Of a DNA stretch of 64,000 nucleotides, positions 56,904-64,000 are shown piece by piece. The position numbers and the translations under genes were made by a program. The notes under the pieces are model-generated. The model searched no databases. It saw only the letters and a program-made list of their open reading frames with translations, and was not told the DNA's origin. The DNA lies in the IMG/VR virus record IMGVR_UViG_3300017917_003143, positions 248,001 through 312,000 of that record; one strand, 5' to 3'. Numbering within the stretch: position 1 is the first letter of the stretch; every line of letters starts with the position of its first letter.

Positions 56904-58121
56904 ATGTCAACCCAGATACAATACCGCAGAGGATCCAGCTCACAAACAGCCAGCTTTACAGGTGCGTTGGGCGAAATTACCGTTGATACCACTAATAAAG
57001 TAGTGGTAGTTCATGACGGAGCCACACTGGGTGGATTTAGCGGAGTTGGTACTACTGCTACTCAAACGCTGACAAACAAAACACTACAAAGTGCTGTTTT
57101 AACAGGCACACTCACAGCCAACGGTGGTACAGGATCTAGTGGACAATTTTTATCTAGTACAGGCACAGGCGTAGCCTGGGCTACAGTTGACGCTACCAGC
57201 ATAGCCAACGGTACTTCTGCAATAACTGTCATTGCGTCAGGCGGTAATATTCGTGCTAACGTAGGCGGCGCAACCAATACTACATTTACTGCTACTGAAG
57301 CCAACGTCAGTGCCAACCTTACTTGTACCGCCCAGACTGGTCTTGGAACAGCACCTACCACAGCCGCTGTGACCATTGGTGGTAATGAAACAGCTACCAG
57401 TTGGACTACCAATGGTATTGGTTTAAGAATCAATGCGGCAACTTACACGGATTCAGGCACACCGGCTGCCGGCACAGCCGCATCAAATCATATACATGCT
57501 ATTGCTCAAGGTACTTTGGCTGCTACCAACGGCACTGTTACTACTACCAACGCCGCAACATTATACATCGCTGGTGCACCAGTAGCCGGTAGTAATATGA
57601 CTATTACTAATCCGTATGCCATGCAGATTGCCGCAGGTAACTTTATAACAGCTGGTAACATTTTAGCGGCATCTAACAATACCAGCAACATCGGTACATC
57701 ATCTACCAAGTTTGGTAACATTTTTGGTGTCACAGTCAATGCCACTTACGCTGACTTGGCCGAACATTACACCACTGATGCTGAATATGAACCAGGTACT
57801 GTATTGATATTTGGTGGAGACAAAGAAGTTACACAAAGCACAACGAGCCACGATCCAGCAGTGGCAGGAGTAGTTTCAACCAATCCAGCTTATGTCATGA
57901 ACATTGATCTGCAAGGTGGTGTAGCAGTAGCATTGACCGGACGAGTTCCATGCCGTGTGGTAGGAAAGATAAAGAAAGGTGATTTGTTGGTTACCAGCGC
58001 CATTCCTGGTACTGCAACCAAGATGGATACCTTTGTTCCAGGTAGTGTCATTGGCAAAGCATTGGAAAACTATGACAGTGAAACGCCAGGTAAAATTGAA
58101 GTGGTGGTGGGAAGATTATGA
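56904..58121 (+). CDS. Fibre tip / receptor-binding-like protein with an Mtd-N-like start and a YADLAE C-terminal domain
   Basis: MSTQIQYRRG...GALGEITVDTTNKVVVVHDG; C-terminal YADLAEHY...GRVP...KGD. Confidence 0.75.
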   Translation: MSTQIQYRRGSSSQTASFTGALGEITVDTTNKVVVVHDGATLGGFSGVGTTATQTLTNKTLQSAVLTGTLTANGGTGSSGQFLSSTGTGVAWATVDATSIANGTSAITVIASGGNIRANVGGATNTTFTATEANVSANLTCTAQTGLGTAPTTAAVTIGGNETATSWTTNGIGLRINAATYTDSGTPAAGTAASNHIHAIAQGTLAATNGTVTTTNAATLYIAGAPVAGSNMTITNPYAMQIAAGNFITAGNILAASNNTSNIGTSSTKFGNIFGVTVNATYADLAEHYTTDAEYEPGTVLIFGGDKEVTQSTTSHDPAVAGVVSTNPAYVMNIDLQGGVAVALTGRVPCRVVGKIKKGDLLVTSAIPGTATKMDTFVPGSVIGKALENYDSETPGKIEVVVGRL

Positions 58122-58792
58122 TCAATAAAGAACGTTACAGAGCAGACTACAGCGGTGAATTTGTGATTACAAAGATCATCTATAGAGATGGACAAAAAAT
58201 CACAGAAAAAGAATACATTGAAAATCCCATCATCAACCAACATATTTCGGGCAGAGCTGTTGTGATTGGAAACGGGCATAGTCTACGCAATGATGTAGTG
58301 ACTGCCATAGCCAATCACGGTGGCGGATTGTTAGGACAGAAAAAACTACAAACCTATGGATGCGAAGGTCTTTGGAAGAAGATGCATTTGGATTTCTGTG
58401 TTGAATACGACATTCCAACTCTCAATGAAATAGTGAGTTCAGGATATGCAGAACGCTCAGTAGTCTATACGCTTACCACAAACTGTTTAAAAATGCCTGG
58501 AGAGTTCTATCTTATTCCTTACTGTGTTAGATTGGCGCCACCAGCGGCAGCCGCGTATCTTGCCGCATTTGACGGACACCAAGAAATTTTCTTGTTAGGC
58601 GTAGATGGAACTACGACCGAACACCACATCGATCACAAGCATATAATTGACATCAAACAAGTGCTTGCGGCCTATCCAAACACCAAGTTTTATTTTGTTA
58701 CAGATGGTGCTGATCCACACAACGAGTGGAGAGCATTTAGAAATGCAGAAGTTATGGACTATAGACAGTTTATACTTCACTGTGATGTCTGA
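58118..58792 (+). CDS. Second Maf/DUF115-like Rossmann protein, putative glycosyltransferase
   Basis: RAVVIGNGHS, YGCE and AAYLAAFDGHQEIFLLGVDG; ATGA overlap with the fibre-tip gene. Confidence 0.5.
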   Translation: MINKERYRADYSGEFVITKIIYRDGQKITEKEYIENPIINQHISGRAVVIGNGHSLRNDVVTAIANHGGGLLGQKKLQTYGCEGLWKKMHLDFCVEYDIPTLNEIVSSGYAERSVVYTLTTNCLKMPGEFYLIPYCVRLAPPAAAAYLAAFDGHQEIFLLGVDGTTTEHHIDHKHIIDIKQVLAAYPNTKFYFVTDGADPHNEWRAFRNAEVMDYRQFILHCDV

Positions 58793-59217
58793 TACTGTTG
58801 TTGAACAGTCGACATCTTTTGTTTGACTTCTTCAAAGTTTACAGTAGACCATAAGCCAGGATGCAGTGGTCTTGGCCATGTGTTGGAATCAATCCATGCC
58901 CAGCCTTGATGTTCATCATTGAGTGTAGGAGTAAACTCTCCAGCTACACTACAAAAGAACGTATGATAAGAAAAATTTCCGTCAGGGCTGGTAAATTTTT
59001 CAATTGGTACCAACTTGATTTCGTTGGGCCAAAATCCTAATTCTTCAACACACTCTCTTTTGATCGTTTCTAACAATGTTTCATTGGATCTAGCCTTGCC
59101 GCCAGGAAGGCCCCAGGTACCGGGATTTCTGTCGTCATTGCGTAGTAGATAGAGATATCTATCAGTGGATATGCTATAAAACCAAACTCCGACTGCGTTC
59201 AAAGGACCAAACTCCAT
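58777..59217 (-). CDS. Nudix hydrolase
   Basis: Nudix box GGKARSNETLLETIKRECVEELG; NDEH...W. Confidence 0.9.
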   Translation of the reverse strand: MEFGPLNAVGVWFYSISTDRYLYLLRNDDRNPGTWGLPGGKARSNETLLETIKRECVEELGFWPNEIKLVPIEKFTSPDGNFSYHTFFCSVAGEFTPTLNDEHQGWAWIDSNTWPRPLHPGLWSTVNFEEVKQKMSTVQQQYQTSQ

Positions 59218-60587
59218 TCACCTTCGGGATAAAGACCTTCGTAACTCTTGAGCCACATGTTATCGGCCCAACGATACTGTATTTCGGTGGTCATGTTTGT
59301 GACATATTGTACAGCACTAAGGTTTGTGGCCAAGAACGATATGTTCCATTTCTCTCCATCGTATTCGATGATGTCATTGGTATTAGCGTGTAATATCTCT
59401 CCATTGACTCCAGTCCATGCCGCCGCACCACTGTTGTAATCTGGTGCTCCTGTGTCTCCTACGAGTAGATATCTTTGACCAGCAACTGCTGCCGGCAATC
59501 CTGCACCCGGTCCGTTGCGCTGAGGGTCTACTATGGCATTCACTGGCTTTAGTGTGTCTTGTGGTAAGGTATCTTCGTCTACAGTGAACAATAAAAATCT
59601 ATCATCTGTGGGATGATAGGCCACTGTACCTACTATTATAGTATCATCAAAGGGATTGTCAAGTCTGACCTGACTGATACCGGGCTGTAAATCGCCAAAC
59701 AGATTGACCACCGAGTGCCACATTAGATTGCTAGGAGGACTGGTATCGGGATTGATCGTACCTTCTCCAGGTACCACCGCAGATGGTTCAAGCACTTGCA
59801 ATTGATTTCCAATCAGCAAGACCTGATAGTTGTATGGTGTAAATTTTTGCCTTGTGCCCAATAACAAATTGTTATCAATAATGGCCTCACGAAAATCTCC
59901 TTTGGCATCGTACATAGAAGCGATAATTTTTTGTACCACGCCCAGCTTTTTGACTTTGGCTGGAGGAGAAATCCAGATGGGCAATGTAAATCGTAGGCTG
60001 GAAATATCAATGGGATCTTCTGTGCCTACAGGAATAGTACGCTCAGTCCAAGTGGTAGATTCTAATTCACACACTGAAAGACTAGTCCAGTCGAGGAAGT
60101 TATCTGTTGACTGTATTTCTAATGCAGGATTGAACAGCGTTAAGATCTGTTCCAGTATCTGGAATTTTTGATTGGTGTTTGATGTCCATATATCTAGTTT
60201 GATCTTGAGATTGAACGGTACGGGCATCAATCGTTCTATCGTGAAAGCATTGCCTTGTGTGGTTTCGTAGCTTTGTGTGTCGGTATCCCAATAACGCTGA
60301 CGCACATTGGTTTTTTCAACAAAGTAAGGTTCTTGCACACGATCTCGAGCATACTCAAGGTCAGTGATATAAAAAGTCATCAGCGGTGTCGACGGTAAAG
60401 TGCTGGCAGAGTTGTTCTGTAGCACTGTCTGTGCTTGTCGGCTGGCATCACCATAACGGATAGGAACTCTTATAAGTCCCTTGACGCCTTCGTCATTGCG
60501 ACCGTATTCACATTGGAAGTTAGAAAATATCCTGGTAAACTGTAACAGAAAACGTCGTATCTGCTCGTCGTAAAAAAATTGTTGCAT
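59199..60587 (-). CDS. gp15: Tail terminator / sheath stabiliser, gp15-like
   Basis: FFYDEQIRRFLLQFTRIFS...VPIRYG...PVPFNL...QILEQILTLFNP. Confidence 0.85.
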   Translation of the reverse strand: MQQFFYDEQIRRFLLQFTRIFSNFQCEYGRNDEGVKGLIRVPIRYGDASRQAQTVLQNNSASTLPSTPLMTFYITDLEYARDRVQEPYFVEKTNVRQRYWDTDTQSYETTQGNAFTIERLMPVPFNLKIKLDIWTSNTNQKFQILEQILTLFNPALEIQSTDNFLDWTSLSVCELESTTWTERTIPVGTEDPIDISSLRFTLPIWISPPAKVKKLGVVQKIIASMYDAKGDFREAIIDNNLLLGTRQKFTPYNYQVLLIGNQLQVLEPSAVVPGEGTINPDTSPPSNLMWHSVVNLFGDLQPGISQVRLDNPFDDTIIVGTVAYHPTDDRFLLFTVDEDTLPQDTLKPVNAIVDPQRNGPGAGLPAAVAGQRYLLVGDTGAPDYNSGAAAWTGVNGEILHANTNDIIEYDGEKWNISFLATNLSAVQYVTNMTTEIQYRWADNMWLKSYEGLYPEGEWSLVL

Positions 60588-61915
60588 TAGTTATCTGCCT
60601 GAGGTTTAAGGATGTTACTGAGACCTTGACGCTGTGGAATAGGTCCTCGATCTGCTGTCTGTGTAGTAGCTGTGTTGTTGACGAAACTGCTACGCAAGGT
60701 CTTGTTGTCTGGTCCAGGTGTGAGATTGGTCCGTACAGCATCTTCAATCTTGAGCCAGGCCTTGCCATTGAACCGGAATAGACGGTTTGGAAAATAGTCT
60801 AATCGCAAAGCATAATCTCCATCGCGTGGATTTGGCGGAAACGATATACCAGGTGTCACTGGTAATCCGTTAGGTGCTATACCATCGCCTGTAAGATATC
60901 CAGAAGTATATCCATCTCCTCTAGGCGACACATTGGCTTGATCTACATCAATGTTGGTATTGTCCACTGTGACCAAAGTATAGTCTGCAGTTGGTATAGA
61001 ATTAGGATCTGCTGGTGTACCGTCGATATTGGTAGGTACGATGTAAAATTTAACAGTATCGTAACCACTTAGTGGCACCTCAAACTCAGCCTGCGCCAAT
61101 ATAGCATCGTTGAGTTCATAATCTTTCTTGCGTGTACCAATGGATTCCTGTATGGTTTCTGGGGTGTAAACTTCCCATTTGGTAGTATCTGTGATTGGCG
61201 TATCAACAGGAACATTTTCTTTGGCTTTGTAATAAGTGTTACCATCCAGCACGATACTTCCACGTGGATAGTAATTACCTGGATCCCAGATGTTGTCCTG
61301 TGCAAATGGTTTGTTGAGTATGTCATTGTACTCTTGCGCACCAACCAAAGGTGTGGCCTTGACTCGCCACAAGTGTGGTAGCCAAGTTTGACTGAAACCT
61401 TCGCTGGCAAAAGCCGCGTCTTGGATCACATAGTATCTTGGGAGGGCTTTAGGCAACGCAGAGTTCAGTGGATTGTAATCTCGCAAGTTTGGAAATTCCA
61501 GCACATCACCGGCCATGAGCTTGCGACCCAAGGTATCAATCATGTCGTTGTAGTGGAACGTGATAAACAAGGTGTCGTTGTTTAGGAATAAACCAAACTG
61601 TGTAAGGTCAAAATCAATGTCTTGCTGATTGTACACACCGCGCATGACATAGACGTTGGGACTGTAAGCACGATCTCTGTTTTCTATCAACAGCAGATCT
61701 TCAACAAACAGTGGATTTTCATAACTATACGCTGGCTGGGTGGCATCTTGTGTTCCGCCAGTCTGTGAGCTTGAGTCGTCACCGTGAGGCTTTGGACCCA
61801 GATATTTGTGGACATAGATGTCCAGCCCGCCTACTGTGTACATTTCGGCTATGGTACGATCTAAAAACTTATAGTCGTTTTGGCGATTGGGGCGGTATAG
61901 TGATAATCTTGGCAT
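60587..61915 (-). CDS. gp14: Neck / head-completion protein, gp14-like
   Basis: EDLLLIENRDR...DLTQFGLFLNNDTLFITFH...LMAGDVLEFP; TAATG-coupled to gp15. Confidence 0.75.
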   Translation of the reverse strand: MPRLSLYRPNRQNDYKFLDRTIAEMYTVGGLDIYVHKYLGPKPHGDDSSSQTGGTQDATQPAYSYENPLFVEDLLLIENRDRAYSPNVYVMRGVYNQQDIDFDLTQFGLFLNNDTLFITFHYNDMIDTLGRKLMAGDVLEFPNLRDYNPLNSALPKALPRYYVIQDAAFASEGFSQTWLPHLWRVKATPLVGAQEYNDILNKPFAQDNIWDPGNYYPRGSIVLDGNTYYKAKENVPVDTPITDTTKWEVYTPETIQESIGTRKKDYELNDAILAQAEFEVPLSGYDTVKFYIVPTNIDGTPADPNSIPTADYTLVTVDNTNIDVDQANVSPRGDGYTSGYLTGDGIAPNGLPVTPGISFPPNPRDGDYALRLDYFPNRLFRFNGKAWLKIEDAVRTNLTPGPDNKTLRSSFVNNTATTQTADRGPIPQRQGLSNILKPQADN

Positions 61916-61949
61916 AATTTTTGAGCTCTAAAACTATTTATTGCTAATC

Positions 61950-61978
61950 TTGACAACAAACTTGTAAGCAACTATAAT
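61950..61978 (+). promoter_or_regulatory. Consensus sigma70-type promoter
   Basis: TTGACA-17 nt-TATAAT, 6 nt before ATG 61985. Confidence 0.85.
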
Positions 61979-61984
61979 AAAATC

Positions 61985-62245
61985 ATGAACATGGATCAGA
62001 GCTTGGCTCACAGCATTGATGAACTAAGAAAACAGATAAGCCAAATCAATGCCAAACAGCGGGCAGATCTGCAGAAAATGTTAAACCACTGTCAACATCT
62101 TTGGGCAGAAATGAGCAAAGAGCATGTGCGTTGTCGCAGGGTTTGGCGTCTGACTCCAAAGTATTTGGATTTGGAACAAGAGCTAAAAGACACCCTTAAC
62201 ACAGCGCAACAGCACGTGATTTTGGCTACACTCATGGGTGGTTGA
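61985..62245 (+). CDS. Hypothetical early protein (86 aa, coiled-coil-like)
   Basis: Clean ORF 6 nt after a perfect sigma70-type -10 element. Confidence 0.6.
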   Translation: MNMDQSLAHSIDELRKQISQINAKQRADLQKMLNHCQHLWAEMSKEHVRCRRVWRLTPKYLDLEQELKDTLNTAQQHVILATLMGG

Positions 62246-62270
62246 CCAGAAATCCAAAAAGTAATATAAT
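62242..62270 (+). promoter_or_regulatory. Sigma70-type promoter
   Basis: TTGACC-17 nt-TATAAT upstream of the 381-aa gene. Confidence 0.8.
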
Positions 62271-62295
62271 TACACATTAGATCATAGGAGCCTGT

Positions 62296-63441
62296 ATGAA
62301 AACTGCTACCAAATTTGTCGCTGTCAAACCACTGAACCCTCGCAGTCCAGACACCAAATACACTGGACTTGAACCACAGTGGAAAACCCAACCCACTGAA
62401 AATCGTGTCAGTGCGCTGAGCGGTGCTTTTTCTTGGTACAATTATCACTATGGCAAAAAAGAAGCCAAGGACATGATCGTCCAGTGGCTCGAACATCATG
62501 GTCGCAGTAAAGATGCCAAAAAGTTCCGAGGCGTGCCGGACAGCCAAGTCCGGCTGACTCCTGCTTGGTTAGCTCGCATGAGCTTGGTAGGGCTGGATCT
62601 GTCAGAACACGAAATGATCCATCTCGACGACCAGATCAACAAGATGCTGGCTGTCAAACAAGAAGCCAAAGTTGAAAAAACCACAGAAGAAGTCGCTGTG
62701 GCAAAAGTCACCATCCAGGACCGACTGCGTGAGAAAGTCCAGGAATGCGCCGGAGAGCTCGAAGGCTTGTTTGATGATTTTGTCGCCGATGGCGCTAAGA
62801 TGTCGGCGAGCTGGAAACCCATCGCTACTATCCGTGGCATGAACGTTGCTCCGCAAATGGTTGGCAGTATCGCTGAAGTATGGCGTGCCAAGCTGGCTGA
62901 GTTTGAAGAAGTGCTGGAAGGAAAAGATGCACAGTTGGTCGAAGGCTATTCAAACTTCAGTAAAATCCAGATTAAAAACTTGGTAAAATTTGCTGAACAA
63001 GTGATCAACGATTGCGGTGCTTATGTCCAGATCAAGAAAGTGGAACGCAAGCCACGTGCCAAGAAGGCTGTGAGCCCAGAAAAACAATCAAGCAAATTCA
63101 AGTTCCTCAAGGAATTTCCTGAGCTTAAACTGGTCAGCGAAACACCGGCAAAACTCGTGGGTGCCAGCGAAGCATGGTTGTATGATACCAAGAAACGCAA
63201 GCTGATCCACGTCGTGGCAGATCAACACTTGGGTACATTCAGCGTCAAAGGCTCGAGCATCGTGGGCTTTGACACAGGCGGTAGCAATCAAAAAACCCTG
63301 CGCAAGCCCGCAGAACAGCTCAAAGGCTTGCTGTCCGGTGGAAAACCGGCGGCCCGCAAGTATTTCAAGGATATCAAATCCACAGAAGTCAAGTTCAATG
63401 GGCGTGGCAATGAGAACTTGATCATCCTCAAAGCCTACTAA
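62296..63441 (+). CDS. Hypothetical early protein (381 aa)
   Basis: GGAG Shine-Dalgarno, own sigma70-type promoter, K-rich C-terminus; function not recognised. Confidence 0.8.
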   Translation: MKTATKFVAVKPLNPRSPDTKYTGLEPQWKTQPTENRVSALSGAFSWYNYHYGKKEAKDMIVQWLEHHGRSKDAKKFRGVPDSQVRLTPAWLARMSLVGLDLSEHEMIHLDDQINKMLAVKQEAKVEKTTEEVAVAKVTIQDRLREKVQECAGELEGLFDDFVADGAKMSASWKPIATIRGMNVAPQMVGSIAEVWRAKLAEFEEVLEGKDAQLVEGYSNFSKIQIKNLVKFAEQVINDCGAYVQIKKVERKPRAKKAVSPEKQSSKFKFLKEFPELKLVSETPAKLVGASEAWLYDTKKRKLIHVVADQHLGTFSVKGSSIVGFDTGGSNQKTLRKPAEQLKGLLSGGKPAARKYFKDIKSTEVKFNGRGNENLIILKAY

Positions 63442-63464
63442 ATACTGGGGCATAGGAGTGCCCC

Positions 63465-64000
63465 ATGGCTGAAGCTAACGCATCAACATTAGAAATTTTA
63501 AAACAAAACCTCATCGAGTATGTTCGCTTGACCTTGGGCGATCAGATCGTTGATCTCGAGCTGGACCCAGCACATTACGAAGCCGCATATCAGCGCACCA
63601 TTGGCGTGTATCGCCAACGTGCCGAAAATGCCTATGAGGAAAGTTATATTTTCTTAGAAATGGTGCAAGACGTCAACGTTTATACTCTACCTCAAGAAGT
63701 ACAGAGTGTGCGTCAACTGTTCCGTAGAACCATTGGCAACATGCAAGGACCTTACTCTACCAGTTTTGATCCTTTCTCTAGTGCCACGCTAAACACTTAT
63801 CTGTTAAACTACAGCAGTGCTGGTGGTCTGGCAACATATGATTTTTATACCCAGTATGTTGAACTTGCGGCTCGCATGTTTGGTGGATTCGTTAACTACA
63901 CTTGGAATCCTGTGACCAAGCAACTACAGATAATGCGCGATCCCAAAGGTTCAGGCGAAACTATCCTGGTTTGGTGCTACAACTTGAAACCAGAAATTAC
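63465..64000 (+). CDS. gp13: Neck protein, gp13-like (3'-truncated by the window, not in the track)
   Basis: MAEANASTLEILKQNLIEYVRLTLGDQIVDLELDPAHYEAA...FDPF...GGLATYDFYTQYVELAARMFG; AGGAG Shine-Dalgarno and TAAATA upstream. Confidence 0.85.
   Translation, partial: MAEANASTLEILKQNLIEYVRLTLGDQIVDLELDPAHYEAAYQRTIGVYRQRAENAYEESYIFLEMVQDVNVYTLPQEVQSVRQLFRRTIGNMQGPYSTSFDPFSSATLNTYLLNYSSAGGLATYDFYTQYVELAARMFGGFVNYTWNPVTKQLQIMRDPKGSGETILVWCYNLKPEI

Noticed and set aside
56904-58121. Diversity-generating retroelement target, suggested by the Mtd-N-like domain
   Set aside because: No reverse transcriptase and no template/variable repeat pair differing at adenines was seen. The C-terminus is a chaperone-like domain, not a C-type lectin variable region.

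Overview
This 64 kb window comes from a large T4-like (myovirus-type) dsDNA phage, probably environmental, using the standard genetic code. It is almost entirely morphogenesis genes. From left to right: (1) a minus-strand baseplate block with a >=4492-aa giant protein missing from the ORF track because it runs off the window edge, then gp6, gp25, gp5, a hub-like protein, gp53 and a gp48/54-like protein; (2) a plus-strand island under host-sigma promoters with gp55, gp47, gp46 and a stand-alone GIY-YIG gene; (3) the only long non-coding stretch, 29094-29540, which is densely structured; (4) a minus-strand operon with gp26-like and gp51-like genes translationally coupled to a DUF1415-like / ATE_C(Bpt)-like / DUF6614-like trio; (5) a tape-measure-like protein with a lysozyme domain, then portal, prohead core, protease, scaffold and major capsid; (6) a fibre cluster of G/N/T/A-rich repeat proteins interleaved with three glycosyltransferase-like genes; (7) Nudix, gp15, gp14, two early genes and a partial gp13. 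A TAA(A/G)TA late-promoter motif precedes most structural genes, often only 5-7 nt before the ATG. No tRNA, CRISPR array, integrase, transposase or reverse transcriptase was seen. The best candidates for undescribed biology are the GIY-YIG gene plus its structured RNA/DNA-hairpin locus, the late-expressed aminoacyl-transferase-like cassette, and a possible fibre glycosylation system. All family assignments come from motif recognition by eye; no database search or folding program was run.
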